The notes beneath the pieces are model-generated. The model saw only the letters and a program-made list of their open reading frames with translations, did no database searches and was not told the origin of the DNA. The position numbers and the translations under genes were made by a program. Below are positions 26,600 through 34,858 of a stretch of 64,000 nucleotides of DNA, one piece after another. The stretch lies in IMG/VR virus record IMGVR_UViG_3300026076_000001; one strand, written 5' to 3'. This stretch comes from a virus. Within the stretch, counting starts at the first letter, position 1. Every line of letters starts with the position of its first letter.

Positions 26600-26776
26600 C
26601 TAGTTATAAGTGCTTATACCCCTATCTCGATGGGTGTGTGCTATCCCTAACTCGTGCATTTTAGCGTGCTCTGCAATGGGATCTTTCACAGTCTTACCGC
26701 CTGGTCCAAAGGTAAACCAAAGACCCACTCCTACTAGAGTTAGAAGGATTCCAATAATGACAAATACTATTATCAT
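26600..26776 (-). CDS. psbN: PsbN-like protein (58 aa)
   Basis: Manual translation MIIVFVIIGILLTLVGVGLWFTFGPGGKTVKDPIAEHAKMHELGIAHTHRDRGISTYN; TM + G-x-G-L-W-x-x-F-G-P + DP-x-x-EH resembles PsbN. Confidence 0.65.
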   Translation of the reverse strand: MIIVFVIIGILLTLVGVGLWFTFGPGGKTVKDPIAEHAKMHELGIAHTHRDRGISTYN

Positions 26777-26928
26777 AATAGTATAGCCCCTATGATGAAA
26801 CCTTTAGCAAATGAGATGCATAGCATCTTATAGTTGGATAGTTTGAACTTGCGTTGAAATTTTTCAGCAAGATCTCTATCCCATCCGACTACCTTGTCGA
26901 ATGCATTTTTAATATTTAAGTTCCACAT
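26773..26928 (-). CDS. small protein with C-terminal hydrophobic segment (51 aa)
   Basis: Manual translation MWNLNIKNAFDKVVGWDRDLAEKFQRKFKLSNYKMLCISFAKGFIIGAILL; TAATG and ATGA coupling. Confidence 0.65.
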   Translation of the reverse strand: MWNLNIKNAFDKVVGWDRDLAEKFQRKFKLSNYKMLCISFAKGFIIGAILL

Positions 26929-27332
26929 TAGTAACCTAGTTTGTCTAGAAAGAATATAGCAGTATAAGGGTGACCATTGCTAGATGTCAAGACCTCTATA
27001 GGACCATCAGCAGTGTCTTCTAGAACACCACTACCAGCAAGGTTCATCTCTCCACATCCACCAAGGATAATTGAAGTGGTACCACCACGCCCTACCTTAA
27101 CGTGCTTACCTCCATCTTGAGGCATTGAGTAAATAATTTTTGCGATATCCATTCTGGTAGGAACCTGTGTACGGGTTGCTACACCCTTACTACCAGCACC
27201 ACCAAATTCAGGGACACCTGATTCGACCACTACGTCATATGATAAATCTGACGGATCGATCGTAGTAGCATCTTCGGACGTAATCTTCACGACCGCTTGC
27301 TTTTGATTGTTTTTAAGAACGACTTTTGACAT
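26928..27332 (-). CDS. hypothetical beta-rich protein (134 aa), possibly virion-associated
   Basis: ORF track; late-promoter-like CTAAATA at 27349-27355. Confidence 0.7.
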   Translation of the reverse strand: MSKVVLKNNQKQAVVKITSEDATTIDPSDLSYDVVVESGVPEFGGAGSKGVATRTQVPTRMDIAKIIYSMPQDGGKHVKVGRGGTTSIILGGCGEMNLAGSGVLEDTADGPIEVLTSSNGHPYTAIFFLDKLGY

Positions 27333-27334
27333 AG

Positions 27335-27496
27335 CTAGTCTTTATTTGTATTTAGATTTGACGACCATTTTTTGTGGGAGTATGCACCACCCTTCACTCC
27401 AAATGATCTCTTCGTATCATTTGATACCTTGTCTGAGATCGGTGTCATCTGACCCGATTCTTCGAGATCCTTTAGTATCGCTTTGAAGGGACGCAT
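27335..27496 (-). CDS. small hypothetical protein (53 aa)
   Basis: Manual translation MRPFKAILKDLEESGQMTPISDKVSNDTKRSFGVKGGAYSHKKWSSNLNTNKD; late promoter CATAAATA 27522-27529. Confidence 0.45.
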   Translation of the reverse strand: MRPFKAILKDLEESGQMTPISDKVSNDTKRSFGVKGGAYSHKKWSSNLNTNKD

Positions 27497-27521
27497 TTCT
27501 GAAAATAATCCGCACTATAGT

Positions 27522-27538
27522 TATTTATGCTATAAATA
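27522..27538. promoter_or_regulatory. back-to-back divergent late promoters
   Basis: CATAAATA on minus (27522-29) and TATAAATA on plus (27531-38), 1 bp apart. Confidence 0.8.
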
Positions 27539-27562
27539 AATGAAGGGTATGGAACAAAAACT

Positions 27563-28054
27563 GTGAAAAAGATTTTACTAATATTAGGAATATTTGCACT
27601 TGGTGGACAAGCTGCACGTGCAGATATTACTTCACGTATGACTTCTAGCGTACAGCTAACAGTCAATGCGGCTGCAACTCAGATGCAGAGAGTGGGAAAC
27701 TCTTATAGCATCTCTGGTAATAACGTGGACACAACTGATGGAACGACTGCCAACACAGTGAGTGCTGGTTCTATTAGTAGCGGTGTCTATGGTCCTGGAA
27801 CTATTTCTGTTGTTCAAGACGATCCAGGCGAGGCGTTTAGCTTCTCAACTTCGTTTATTCAAGGTGACGCTATACATACACAAGGGCCAGATGTAGGTGA
27901 TGTATCACCTTACTCCAACCAATTATCGACTGCTGCTGGATCCGCAGGATCCCTTGCAGGAACTGTAACTTCGCAAGGTGCCTTGACGGTAACAGCTGGT
28001 GGAGCTGGAACTACAGCTACTGGACAGTTTGTTACAGAGCTCCAAATCGACTAG
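27563..28054 (+). CDS. exported beta-rich protein A
   Basis: Signal peptide MKKILLILGIFALGGQAARA; S/T/G-rich alternating beta-strands; GEAFSFSTSF motif. Confidence 0.8.
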   Translation: MKKILLILGIFALGGQAARADITSRMTSSVQLTVNAAATQMQRVGNSYSISGNNVDTTDGTTANTVSAGSISSGVYGPGTISVVQDDPGEAFSFSTSFIQGDAIHTQGPDVGDVSPYSNQLSTAAGSAGSLAGTVTSQGALTVTAGGAGTTATGQFVTELQID

Positions 28055-28075
28055 TGAAGTGGAGGTTTTGGCAAA

Positions 28076-28558
28076 ATGAAGAAGAGGATTGCCCTATATG
28101 TGACTGCTGTGGTAAGTGCAAGTGTCGTTGCTGCACCTGCCCTGGCGGTCCCAGTGGTCCCCAACTTCCAGCAGGGCTCGATGACGAGTCATACCGAGAC
28201 TGAAAGCACAGTCACGGAGACAATAAATTCAATTGATTATCGTACAGGATGGGAATACTCAGTGACAGGGGTAGGCGTGGACAACAATGGCGAAGCCCTC
28301 AACCCCCCAGTGAACACATCAACAGTGACACTCTCGCCAACAGTAGGCACGGGAGAAGCAGCCGTAACGGGAAGTGTAACTTCTTCGTTCGATGCTATAG
28401 ACTTCTCCGCACAAAACAACTTCACAATCCACGAACCTGGAGCAGCGTTTCAATTTACCCAGACATATCAAGGACCAGGGATGACCAACCAGACAATAAT
28501 ACAAAGATTAACCACCGTAACGTCAGTCACAGACACAACTTCAACGTTTACTCAATAG
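28076..28558 (+). CDS. exported beta-rich protein B (possible distant paralogue of A)
   Basis: Signal peptide ending PALA; long Thr-rich terminal strands; GAAFQFTQTY motif. Confidence 0.8.
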   Translation: MKKRIALYVTAVVSASVVAAPALAVPVVPNFQQGSMTSHTETESTVTETINSIDYRTGWEYSVTGVGVDNNGEALNPPVNTSTVTLSPTVGTGEAAVTGSVTSSFDAIDFSAQNNFTIHEPGAAFQFTQTYQGPGMTNQTIIQRLTTVTSVTDTTSTFTQ

Positions 28559-29622
28559 GTAATGTCAGTGGAAGATTATCAAGAACCGCAGCCGCTTTAT
28601 GCGTCACTAGTGCTAGTTTGTTTTCTACTAGTTCTGCTCTCGCTGAAGGTGTTGGGGGCGTAAGTGCTACTGCCAATCCAATAGCCAATAGTTCGGGCTC
28701 AGTAACCAACCAGGCAATACAGGTTTTACAAGGTCCATACGTCACTAACACCTACGGTGGTGGGGTATCTTGTCAAGGTACGACTCTCAATATGACACCG
28801 TATTTACAGTTTGCAGATTCAAGGAAAGATCCTTGGGAAGATTTTTATAACGAACCGCAATATAACCTAACAGATCTAGAAGGAAGAACAGTACAACAAG
28901 TCGTTACTGTTAAGAACTACCCTTGGGAAACTTGGTATGATGACCGTACTAAGGCAGACGGTACTAGATGGTTTGAAGATGGAGATGATATACAAATAGA
29001 AATAGATGTACCAGCTGGTGATGGTGTACCTGATGTAGTAGGTAGTGGTGGTACTATGACCCCTACTTGGTATAAACCAATTAGAACAGATATGAGAGCG
29101 AATCAGAGTTTCAACGTAGGTATCTCTGCTACGCTTTCTATACCATTGAACAGAGGTATGCAACGTAAGTGTTCTGAAGCTGCAACAGCACAAATAGCAT
29201 CTGTTCAACAGTTGACTGCTAACAAGCGTTTAGACTTTGAATTAGCTAGACTCAAGAATTGTGGCGAACTCAAAAAAGCTGGTATAATGTTCCACCCTGC
29301 ATCTCCATACCACGCAGTATGTGCAGACGTTATGGTATCATCTCCTGGTAATAGAGTACTTCCACACGAGCACGAAATACCACAACCTACTTGGACGCAA
29401 CCTTCTTCTGACCAAACTTCAGAGGAAGCATCCCCTTCTTCTCTCGATACTGATTCGTCTTCTTCTCAGATAAAGTCGGACGGTACGGAGTCTTCCCAAG
29501 AATCTTCTGAACCTTCGCAATCGTCTTCTTTATCACAGGCTTCACAACTTTCAATAACAGATCCGCAATGGGTTTTGCAAGTAGGGCAGACGTTGTTGCC
29601 ACCGCAGCAATCGAAGCAGTAG
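28555..29622 (+). CDS. exported protein C with beta-hairpin and Cys-containing coiled coil; start codon uncertain
   Basis: Signal-like stretch ending SALA-EG, then VSCQGTTLNMTPY, NQSFNVGISATLSIPL, helix RKCSEAA...RLKNCGEL. The track start at 28249 overlaps gene B by 310 bp; no ATG/GTG precedes the signal peptide. Confidence 0.7.
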   Translation: MGNVSGRLSRTAAALCVTSASLFSTSSALAEGVGGVSATANPIANSSGSVTNQAIQVLQGPYVTNTYGGGVSCQGTTLNMTPYLQFADSRKDPWEDFYNEPQYNLTDLEGRTVQQVVTVKNYPWETWYDDRTKADGTRWFEDGDDIQIEIDVPAGDGVPDVVGSGGTMTPTWYKPIRTDMRANQSFNVGISATLSIPLNRGMQRKCSEAATAQIASVQQLTANKRLDFELARLKNCGELKKAGIMFHPASPYHAVCADVMVSSPGNRVLPHEHEIPQPTWTQPSSDQTSEEASPSSLDTDSSSSQIKSDGTESSQESSEPSQSSSLSQASQLSITDPQWVLQVGQTLLPPQQSKQ

Positions 29623-30289
29623 TTGTTACTGTAGGTATAGATGGTAGAAATTGCTCTATTGTTGGAACAGGTTCCCATATGGTTTCACATATCTTACCAT
29701 CAGGTGTCAGTTTATATTCTTTAACTTTCTCTGTACCCTCCTGATTCAGGTCTCCAATGCGTCTTGCATTGATTGGAGGACATTCTACCTCTTCTTCTCC
29801 ACCTCCAGCTGGAGGAGGATCTGGAGTCTCTGGGACGGGTGCATCAGGTGGATCCCCTGTATCTACTCCTCCTGCATCTGGTTGCTCTTGAGTAATAGTT
29901 TGCCAAGATAGTTCTCTATAATCATAGTCAGGTGGTTCATAATAAGGAGCACCAGCATCACACAATACTACATTTCCTTTAGGGTCATCATCGACCAGCA
30001 TCTTATTAATATTTTTTTCTTTAGCATTCTCCTTGTGTACCTTTACGCAACCTGGCATATTAACTATAGGAGTACCAGCTAGGACAGTTACAGGAACTGT
30101 TACTGGTATAGCTTGTGGTGGTTCTATTAACCACACACGAGCATCAGCAATACCTCTAACACCTATACGATTAATTCCTGTCTCTTCTGGTTTAAGTGTC
30201 CCAATAAAACGAATTCCAGTACCGTTAACTTGAATGTTAGGGATACTGGAATTGCTGCTATTAGGGATGAATGGAATACTATTTTCCAC
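29387..30289 (-). CDS. membrane-anchored Pro-rich, Cys-containing protein (300 aa)
   Basis: Four Cys, Pro/acidic linker, C-terminal hydrophobic segment and basic tail. Confidence 0.75.
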   Translation of the reverse strand: MENSIPFIPNSSNSSIPNIQVNGTGIRFIGTLKPEETGINRIGVRGIADARVWLIEPPQAIPVTVPVTVLAGTPIVNMPGCVKVHKENAKEKNINKMLVDDDPKGNVVLCDAGAPYYEPPDYDYRELSWQTITQEQPDAGGVDTGDPPDAPVPETPDPPPAGGGEEEVECPPINARRIGDLNQEGTEKVKEYKLTPDGKICETIWEPVPTIEQFLPSIPTVTTTASIAAVATTSALLAKPIADLLLKVVKPVIKKTIAKVQKILGKTPYRPTLSEKKTNQYREKKGMLPLKFGQKKVASK

Positions 30290-30545
30290 TTTGAGGTATC
30301 ACCTGTTTATAATTTTGAGTTGGTGGTTTTATTCCCTTCACAGGACCACTAGACTTTGGCCAAGCATTAACCAATTGTAAATATACTTCTTCTCTAACTA
30401 CCTGTCTGATTGCTTCTATTTTAGCATCTTCACGTTTCTGAGGACCACCAGTTTGTTGGTCGATGAGATGATTCCCACCGACCGTAGCACCAGTACCTAT
30501 AACTGCAGCTGCTGTTACTCCTGTAGTTACTTTTTGAAAGTCCAT
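30279..30545 (-). CDS. small protein with N-terminal hydrophobic/Gly segment (88 aa)
   Basis: VTTGVTAAAVIGTGATVGG followed by a helical segment. Confidence 0.7.
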   Translation of the reverse strand: MDFQKVTTGVTAAAVIGTGATVGGNHLIDQQTGGPQKREDAKIEAIRQVVREEVYLQLVNAWPKSSGPVKGIKPPTQNYKQVIPQSGK

Positions 30546-30850
30546 TACCTTGGACCAATATCTCTAGTAGCAGGCCCCATTACTGGTGGAATAGATGCTT
30601 GATCTGGTGAGGGAGAAGGAGCAAGATCAGGAGCACCTAAGTTTCCAAAGTCAGGTTCTGCCATCTTAGGTACCATACCAGCACCACCTAGTGCACCACC
30701 ACCAACACCACCTAGAACGTTATCTAGTGCCTTCTCTTTAATGTCTTCTATGATGGCATCCTTTTGAGAATAAAGATAAAAACCACCACCAACAACGGCA
30801 CCAGATATAACGAAAGACGTAATAGCAAGTACATTAATAATTTTTTGCAT
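30545..30850 (-). CDS. N-terminally anchored membrane protein (101 aa)
   Basis: IINVLAITSFVISGAVVGGGFYLY TM, amphipathic helix, Pro-rich tail; late promoter CTAAATA 30873-30879. Confidence 0.75.
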   Translation of the reverse strand: MQKIINVLAITSFVISGAVVGGGFYLYSQKDAIIEDIKEKALDNVLGGVGGGALGGAGMVPKMAEPDFGNLGAPDLAPSPSPDQASIPPVMGPATRDIGPR

Positions 30851-30879
30851 AATAAATTTTAATACTCTGATCTATTTAG

Positions 30880-31500
30880 CTACTCTTCACAAGCGTCTGC
30901 AAAATCAGCAGCCATATTACCACCGAGTTCAGCACCTTGGTTTCCACCAAACATTGCTACCCAACCAGCAGCCAACCATCCTACGAATGGTATGCCTGAT
31001 ACAGCAGGTGCAGCAGCTGCTCCAACGCTAGTGCCTACAAGTCTTCCTGTTTGTTCACCACCACCGACTGCCTTTATACAGGCTTCGGTTTTAGCAGTTA
31101 CATTTCCATCTGCATCTGACTTACCTCCTGTAACAGCTAATGCAGCAGGGTCAATCCAAGCACTCCGTGTGGATACAGGTCCACCGTGATGGAACGCACC
31201 GTCCATTGTGTACTGTGAAACTACTTTCTTATTCTCATTAGCGAGTCCAAGGAACCCACCTTTCTCTTTAATTAATTCCTCTCTCCACATCACCTTAGGA
31301 TCGTTAGCACGATATGCTACTTTATATCCTTCCTCGTTTGCTTCTATATTATAAGCAGAATAAGGTCCGCTAGGTAAATTAAAATCAGGTAACTTACTAT
31401 TATTCTTAGTAGCAAGCATACCAATCATACCTATATGACTAATGCCTAGGAGACCGCCAGCTCCCAAAGCAAACCATTTTGTCCAGTTAATTTTTTCCAT
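30880..31500 (-). CDS. membrane protein with C-terminal glycine zipper (206 aa)
   Basis: N-terminal TM; VGTSVGAAAAPAVSGIPFVGWLAAGWVAMFGGNQGAELGG. Confidence 0.75.
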   Translation of the reverse strand: MEKINWTKWFALGAGGLLGISHIGMIGMLATKNNSKLPDFNLPSGPYSAYNIEANEEGYKVAYRANDPKVMWREELIKEKGGFLGLANENKKVVSQYTMDGAFHHGGPVSTRSAWIDPAALAVTGGKSDADGNVTAKTEACIKAVGGGEQTGRLVGTSVGAAAAPAVSGIPFVGWLAAGWVAMFGGNQGAELGGNMAADFADACEE

Positions 31501-31515
31501 AATAACCTCAAGTTG

Positions 31516-31932
31516 TTATAACGTATATTTTTTATCTGTGTCTTTAGGTGACTCAGCAATGATTTTTAATGGTGCTTGTTCTATAACAATAGTTTGTGTA
31601 GGACCGCCATTCTTTCCTACTCCATTAGGACCACCATTTCCATTCATTTTCATTGTACCGTCACCTTTCTTACTAGCTGTCTGAATTCCGAAGCTAGCTA
31701 AAACTCCAGTAAAAACTGAAGCTATAAAAGTTGGGTCAATTTTTTGTTGCGGAACTCCAGGAATTGCAACGTAATTTAAAGTCAATATACCCCCAGACCA
31801 CACTAGTACACCCAATCTCACGAAAGTGGAGATTATGGCAGCCTGTTCGTCTTCATCAGGTAGTATCTTGTCTTTTAGTTTCTGTAGTGGCCCTTTTTTC
31901 TCCACTAATTCTTCTTTAATTTCATCAGCCAT
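31516..31932 (-). CDS. two-TM membrane protein (138 aa)
   Basis: IISTFVRLGVLVWSGGILTLNYV and FIASVFTGVLASFGI with charged termini. Confidence 0.75.
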   Translation of the reverse strand: MADEIKEELVEKKGPLQKLKDKILPDEDEQAAIISTFVRLGVLVWSGGILTLNYVAIPGVPQQKIDPTFIASVFTGVLASFGIQTASKKGDGTMKMNGNGGPNGVGKNGGPTQTIVIEQAPLKIIAESPKDTDKKYTL

Positions 31933-32332
31933 CGGTAGTTTCCTCTACTTTTTTTAACATTTTTGCTAGTTCAGCAGTGCTACCAACAAACATAGTGTTG
32001 TTGACAGTAGACGGACCTTTTGATGGCCCTTCTTCTTTGACTTCTTTAGTCTCTTTCTGTAACTTCATCAACTTGTCAGTTGTATCCGCTACGTTCTTAA
32101 TCATCAAAGCTGCAACTTCATATGCTCTCGGATGATCCGATGATGCTGCAACATCAAGAATACCGTTAAGTGCTTCTTGACCTTTATCGATTAAATTATA
32201 TAGCTGACCACGTGTATATTCGTAGTCTTGAGTGACATCTTCTTTTACTTCACGTTTAGGTTTTGCAATAACGTCTACCGTCTCCTCAGGGAGATTTAAG
32301 ATGTCTTGCATATTATCATCTAGTTTACTCAT
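31925..32332 (-). CDS. gp16: terminase small subunit
   Basis: DYEYTRGQLYNLIDKGQEAL...HPRAYEVA...NNTMFVGSTAELAKML; follows gp15. Confidence 0.88.
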   Translation of the reverse strand: MSKLDDNMQDILNLPEETVDVIAKPKREVKEDVTQDYEYTRGQLYNLIDKGQEALNGILDVAASSDHPRAYEVAALMIKNVADTTDKLMKLQKETKEVKEEGPSKGPSTVNNTMFVGSTAELAKMLKKVEETTDG

Positions 32333-33123
32333 AACATTTCAAACCCTTCGTTGAAACCGAAGTTGTCATCTGGTTGTACAAGAGCATCATCTAATGCATC
32401 GATGTTACCATCAGCATTCTTATCCTCCAGTGCCTTAGGAGTATAAGTGAGTCTTGTATCCTTACGTCTAGTAGTATCACCCAACGTACCAATTTCTGCA
32501 ATAGACTTCTTGATAACACCAATATTGGTAACAGGACCATAGAGGTATGTCTTGACAGTAAACTGCATACGATACTCTAAGTAACGACGGTTAAGAAAAC
32601 TACCGTCATAGGTATCAGTATAATCAACACTGTTGAGAACAACTGGACAATCCTTTATCTCATCCATATCAGGAATCATCTTGATAGGAAGGTTAAAGGA
32701 TGGTTGAAAATAAGGTAAGATCTGTTCTAAGATACCAAGACCATCGTCTTGTGACTTAGCTAAGATACCTAATTCAAAACCTATATTGTAAGGTACTGGC
32801 ATATACTGTGAACGTACGCCACCAGTAGCGTCGTCTGTCTTCTTATAGACAGAAACAGGACTAGTCTTTCTTTGAGGATCATAGGTATAACTATTCATCT
32901 CAAAATATATTCGTGGCAAAGTGATTTGCACTTGCTTATTGATATCACTTAGATCTTCTAGTCTTGCGAGAAACTTATCTCTAGGACCATAAGCTAAGGG
33001 TACCTTTTCACGTACTTGCTCAACACCATTCTCATCAAAGTCACGTAGTTCGATATTATTAAAAATAGTACCGAATGCTATGACAGTTCTACGAATAGTA
33101 CCGTTATAAAAATACTGCAACAT
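32329..33123 (-). CDS. gp15: tail sheath stabiliser/completion protein
   Basis: YFYNGTIRRTVIAFGTIFNNI, VPLAYGP, LPRIYFE, EQILPYFQP. Confidence 0.95.
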   Translation of the reverse strand: MLQYFYNGTIRRTVIAFGTIFNNIELRDFDENGVEQVREKVPLAYGPRDKFLARLEDLSDINKQVQITLPRIYFEMNSYTYDPQRKTSPVSVYKKTDDATGGVRSQYMPVPYNIGFELGILAKSQDDGLGILEQILPYFQPSFNLPIKMIPDMDEIKDCPVVLNSVDYTDTYDGSFLNRRYLEYRMQFTVKTYLYGPVTNIGVIKKSIAEIGTLGDTTRRKDTRLTYTPKALEDKNADGNIDALDDALVQPDDNFGFNEGFEML

Positions 33124-33986
33124 TAGAAGCTACCTGTCTTATTTCCAATTTCGCCGAATGGATTCCTTTCAGAGAAGTCAAGAACATCATCTGCTTTGAA
33201 TTCAATAACAGCATTGTCATCATATTGAACACTCTCGACCGTAATCGTAGTGAACGACTGGATCTCTCCAGTACCATTTGGTCCTGTAACAGTTTCCCCT
33301 TCTTGGAAACCACCAGTAGGATAAACTACAACTAGTTTACCTGTAGCAGCATCAAAGGAAACTACAGTACCTGCACCACCACCGCTAGAAGTAAAGTCCT
33401 CACCCTCTGCAAATGTACCTGTGACATTAATCAAGGTAATTGGGAAGGTATATGCTTCACGTTCTAATTGATCGACTGCCGAATCACCAGTATCAAAGAT
33501 CGTGTTACCACGCTCCATAATCTCTGTAGTGATCGTGTAGAAATATACTTTGCCCAATTGGAAGAAAGGCATTTCTTTCTCTACGAATTTGATTTCATAG
33601 TTATCTCCTGTTAAAGGATAGTGTATGATATCTCCTTCATTAGGTCGATCTGGAAGAGATGGATTAGCAGCATCTACCTCTTCCCACCTATTAACTGAGA
33701 CAATAAATGTTGCCTCATCAGTGATCCTTAAACCGAACTTGGTTGCAAGCTCAGCACCAACACCACCGAATCCTTCTACGTTCTGTAGAAGCATTTCTAC
33801 TGTGTATATAGTTGTAAACTTTGATAAAGTGACATCATTCATCACTTGATCTTGAACCATTATACGAGGGATGTACTTGACATCACTACCAAATAGTTTA
33901 ATCTGTTCGTCAACTAGGTCTTGAATAAGACCTTGTTCACCAGTAGTACCGCCGTGTAAGGCAGGGAAGTAGGTGCTAGTAGGCAT
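33123..33986 (-). CDS. gp14: neck protein
   Basis: EQGLIQDLVDEQIKLFG, KFGLRITDE, RPNEGDIIHYP, FFQLGK, DFSERNPFG. Confidence 0.95.
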   Translation of the reverse strand: MPTSTYFPALHGGTTGEQGLIQDLVDEQIKLFGSDVKYIPRIMVQDQVMNDVTLSKFTTIYTVEMLLQNVEGFGGVGAELATKFGLRITDEATFIVSVNRWEEVDAANPSLPDRPNEGDIIHYPLTGDNYEIKFVEKEMPFFQLGKVYFYTITTEIMERGNTIFDTGDSAVDQLEREAYTFPITLINVTGTFAEGEDFTSSGGGAGTVVSFDAATGKLVVVYPTGGFQEGETVTGPNGTGEIQSFTTITVESVQYDDNAVIEFKADDVLDFSERNPFGEIGNKTGSF

Positions 33987-34795
33987 TATCCAATAAGGTC
34001 AAGGGGTGGAATTGCATAAGTTGAAAGTATTTGACTTTCAATCTTTTCTAGCTCCAGAACTGCCTCCTGATATATCTTCTCTCCATTGAGAGTAATACCA
34101 CCAGGCAATTGAATGTTCTGATACTTAGTTAAGTTGATACCCCATTGCTTCTTAATAAGAGCAGTGAGATACTTTTTCATAAAGGGATCATTGTTCATAT
34201 CCGTATATGTTGTAGGATCTAATGCCCTATAACATTCAATGATAACGAACTCACCTGCTTTCATATCTTCAGCAGCAGTGTCAAGATAAAGTCTGTCTTG
34301 TCTCTGGTTAAATCTGAATTGAATGAACGTACCGTTATTCAAAACAAAATCAAGAGTCTCAAGATAACTCTTGGTCATATAGTAGTTAAGTATATCAACT
34401 GCACCAAAATGATATAAGTCATTCAGGAAGATCTGATATTCTATACCAAATAAATTACCTCTTATACCACTAGACTTGATACCAAATATACGACTAATAC
34501 CATATATGTGTTCAGGAACTAGGATATAATTATCTCTCTCTGTCCACTCAGTTGTACTACCAGCTACCGTAGTAGTCTGGTTCTGAGATGCAAAGCGTGT
34601 AACATCGTCAGCAGTAACCTCGTGCTTAAGAAGCATCTTCTCAGCACCGTTATAAGTCCATTCAGAGAACTTCTGGAAAGCATCATCCGTCAGATCATCG
34701 ATCTGTTCCTGAGCTACGTTAATTTGCAGTACAGGTTCCCCCAACTGCCTCTTACAGTATGCTTGTAATTCTGCTCTCGTACTAGGTTTTGCCAT
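33986..34795 (-). CDS. gp13: neck protein
   Basis: YCKRQLGEPVLQINV, YLTALIKKQWGINLTKY, LPGGITLNG; late promoter CTAAATA 34819-34825. Confidence 0.95.
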   Translation of the reverse strand: MAKPSTRAELQAYCKRQLGEPVLQINVAQEQIDDLTDDAFQKFSEWTYNGAEKMLLKHEVTADDVTRFASQNQTTTVAGSTTEWTERDNYILVPEHIYGISRIFGIKSSGIRGNLFGIEYQIFLNDLYHFGAVDILNYYMTKSYLETLDFVLNNGTFIQFRFNQRQDRLYLDTAAEDMKAGEFVIIECYRALDPTTYTDMNNDPFMKKYLTALIKKQWGINLTKYQNIQLPGGITLNGEKIYQEAVLELEKIESQILSTYAIPPLDLIG

Positions 34796-34858
34796 TACAC
34801 AATATTACCCTTCTCCTATATTTAGACAGAAAGGAATATGTGTAATGGAGATTGTATA

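Noticed and set aside
28562-28663. 33-aa ORF MSVEDYQEPQPLYASLVLVCFLLVLLSLKVLGA
   Set aside because: Overlaps the signal-peptide region of protein C in another frame; more likely a by-product, though relevant to the start-codon question.
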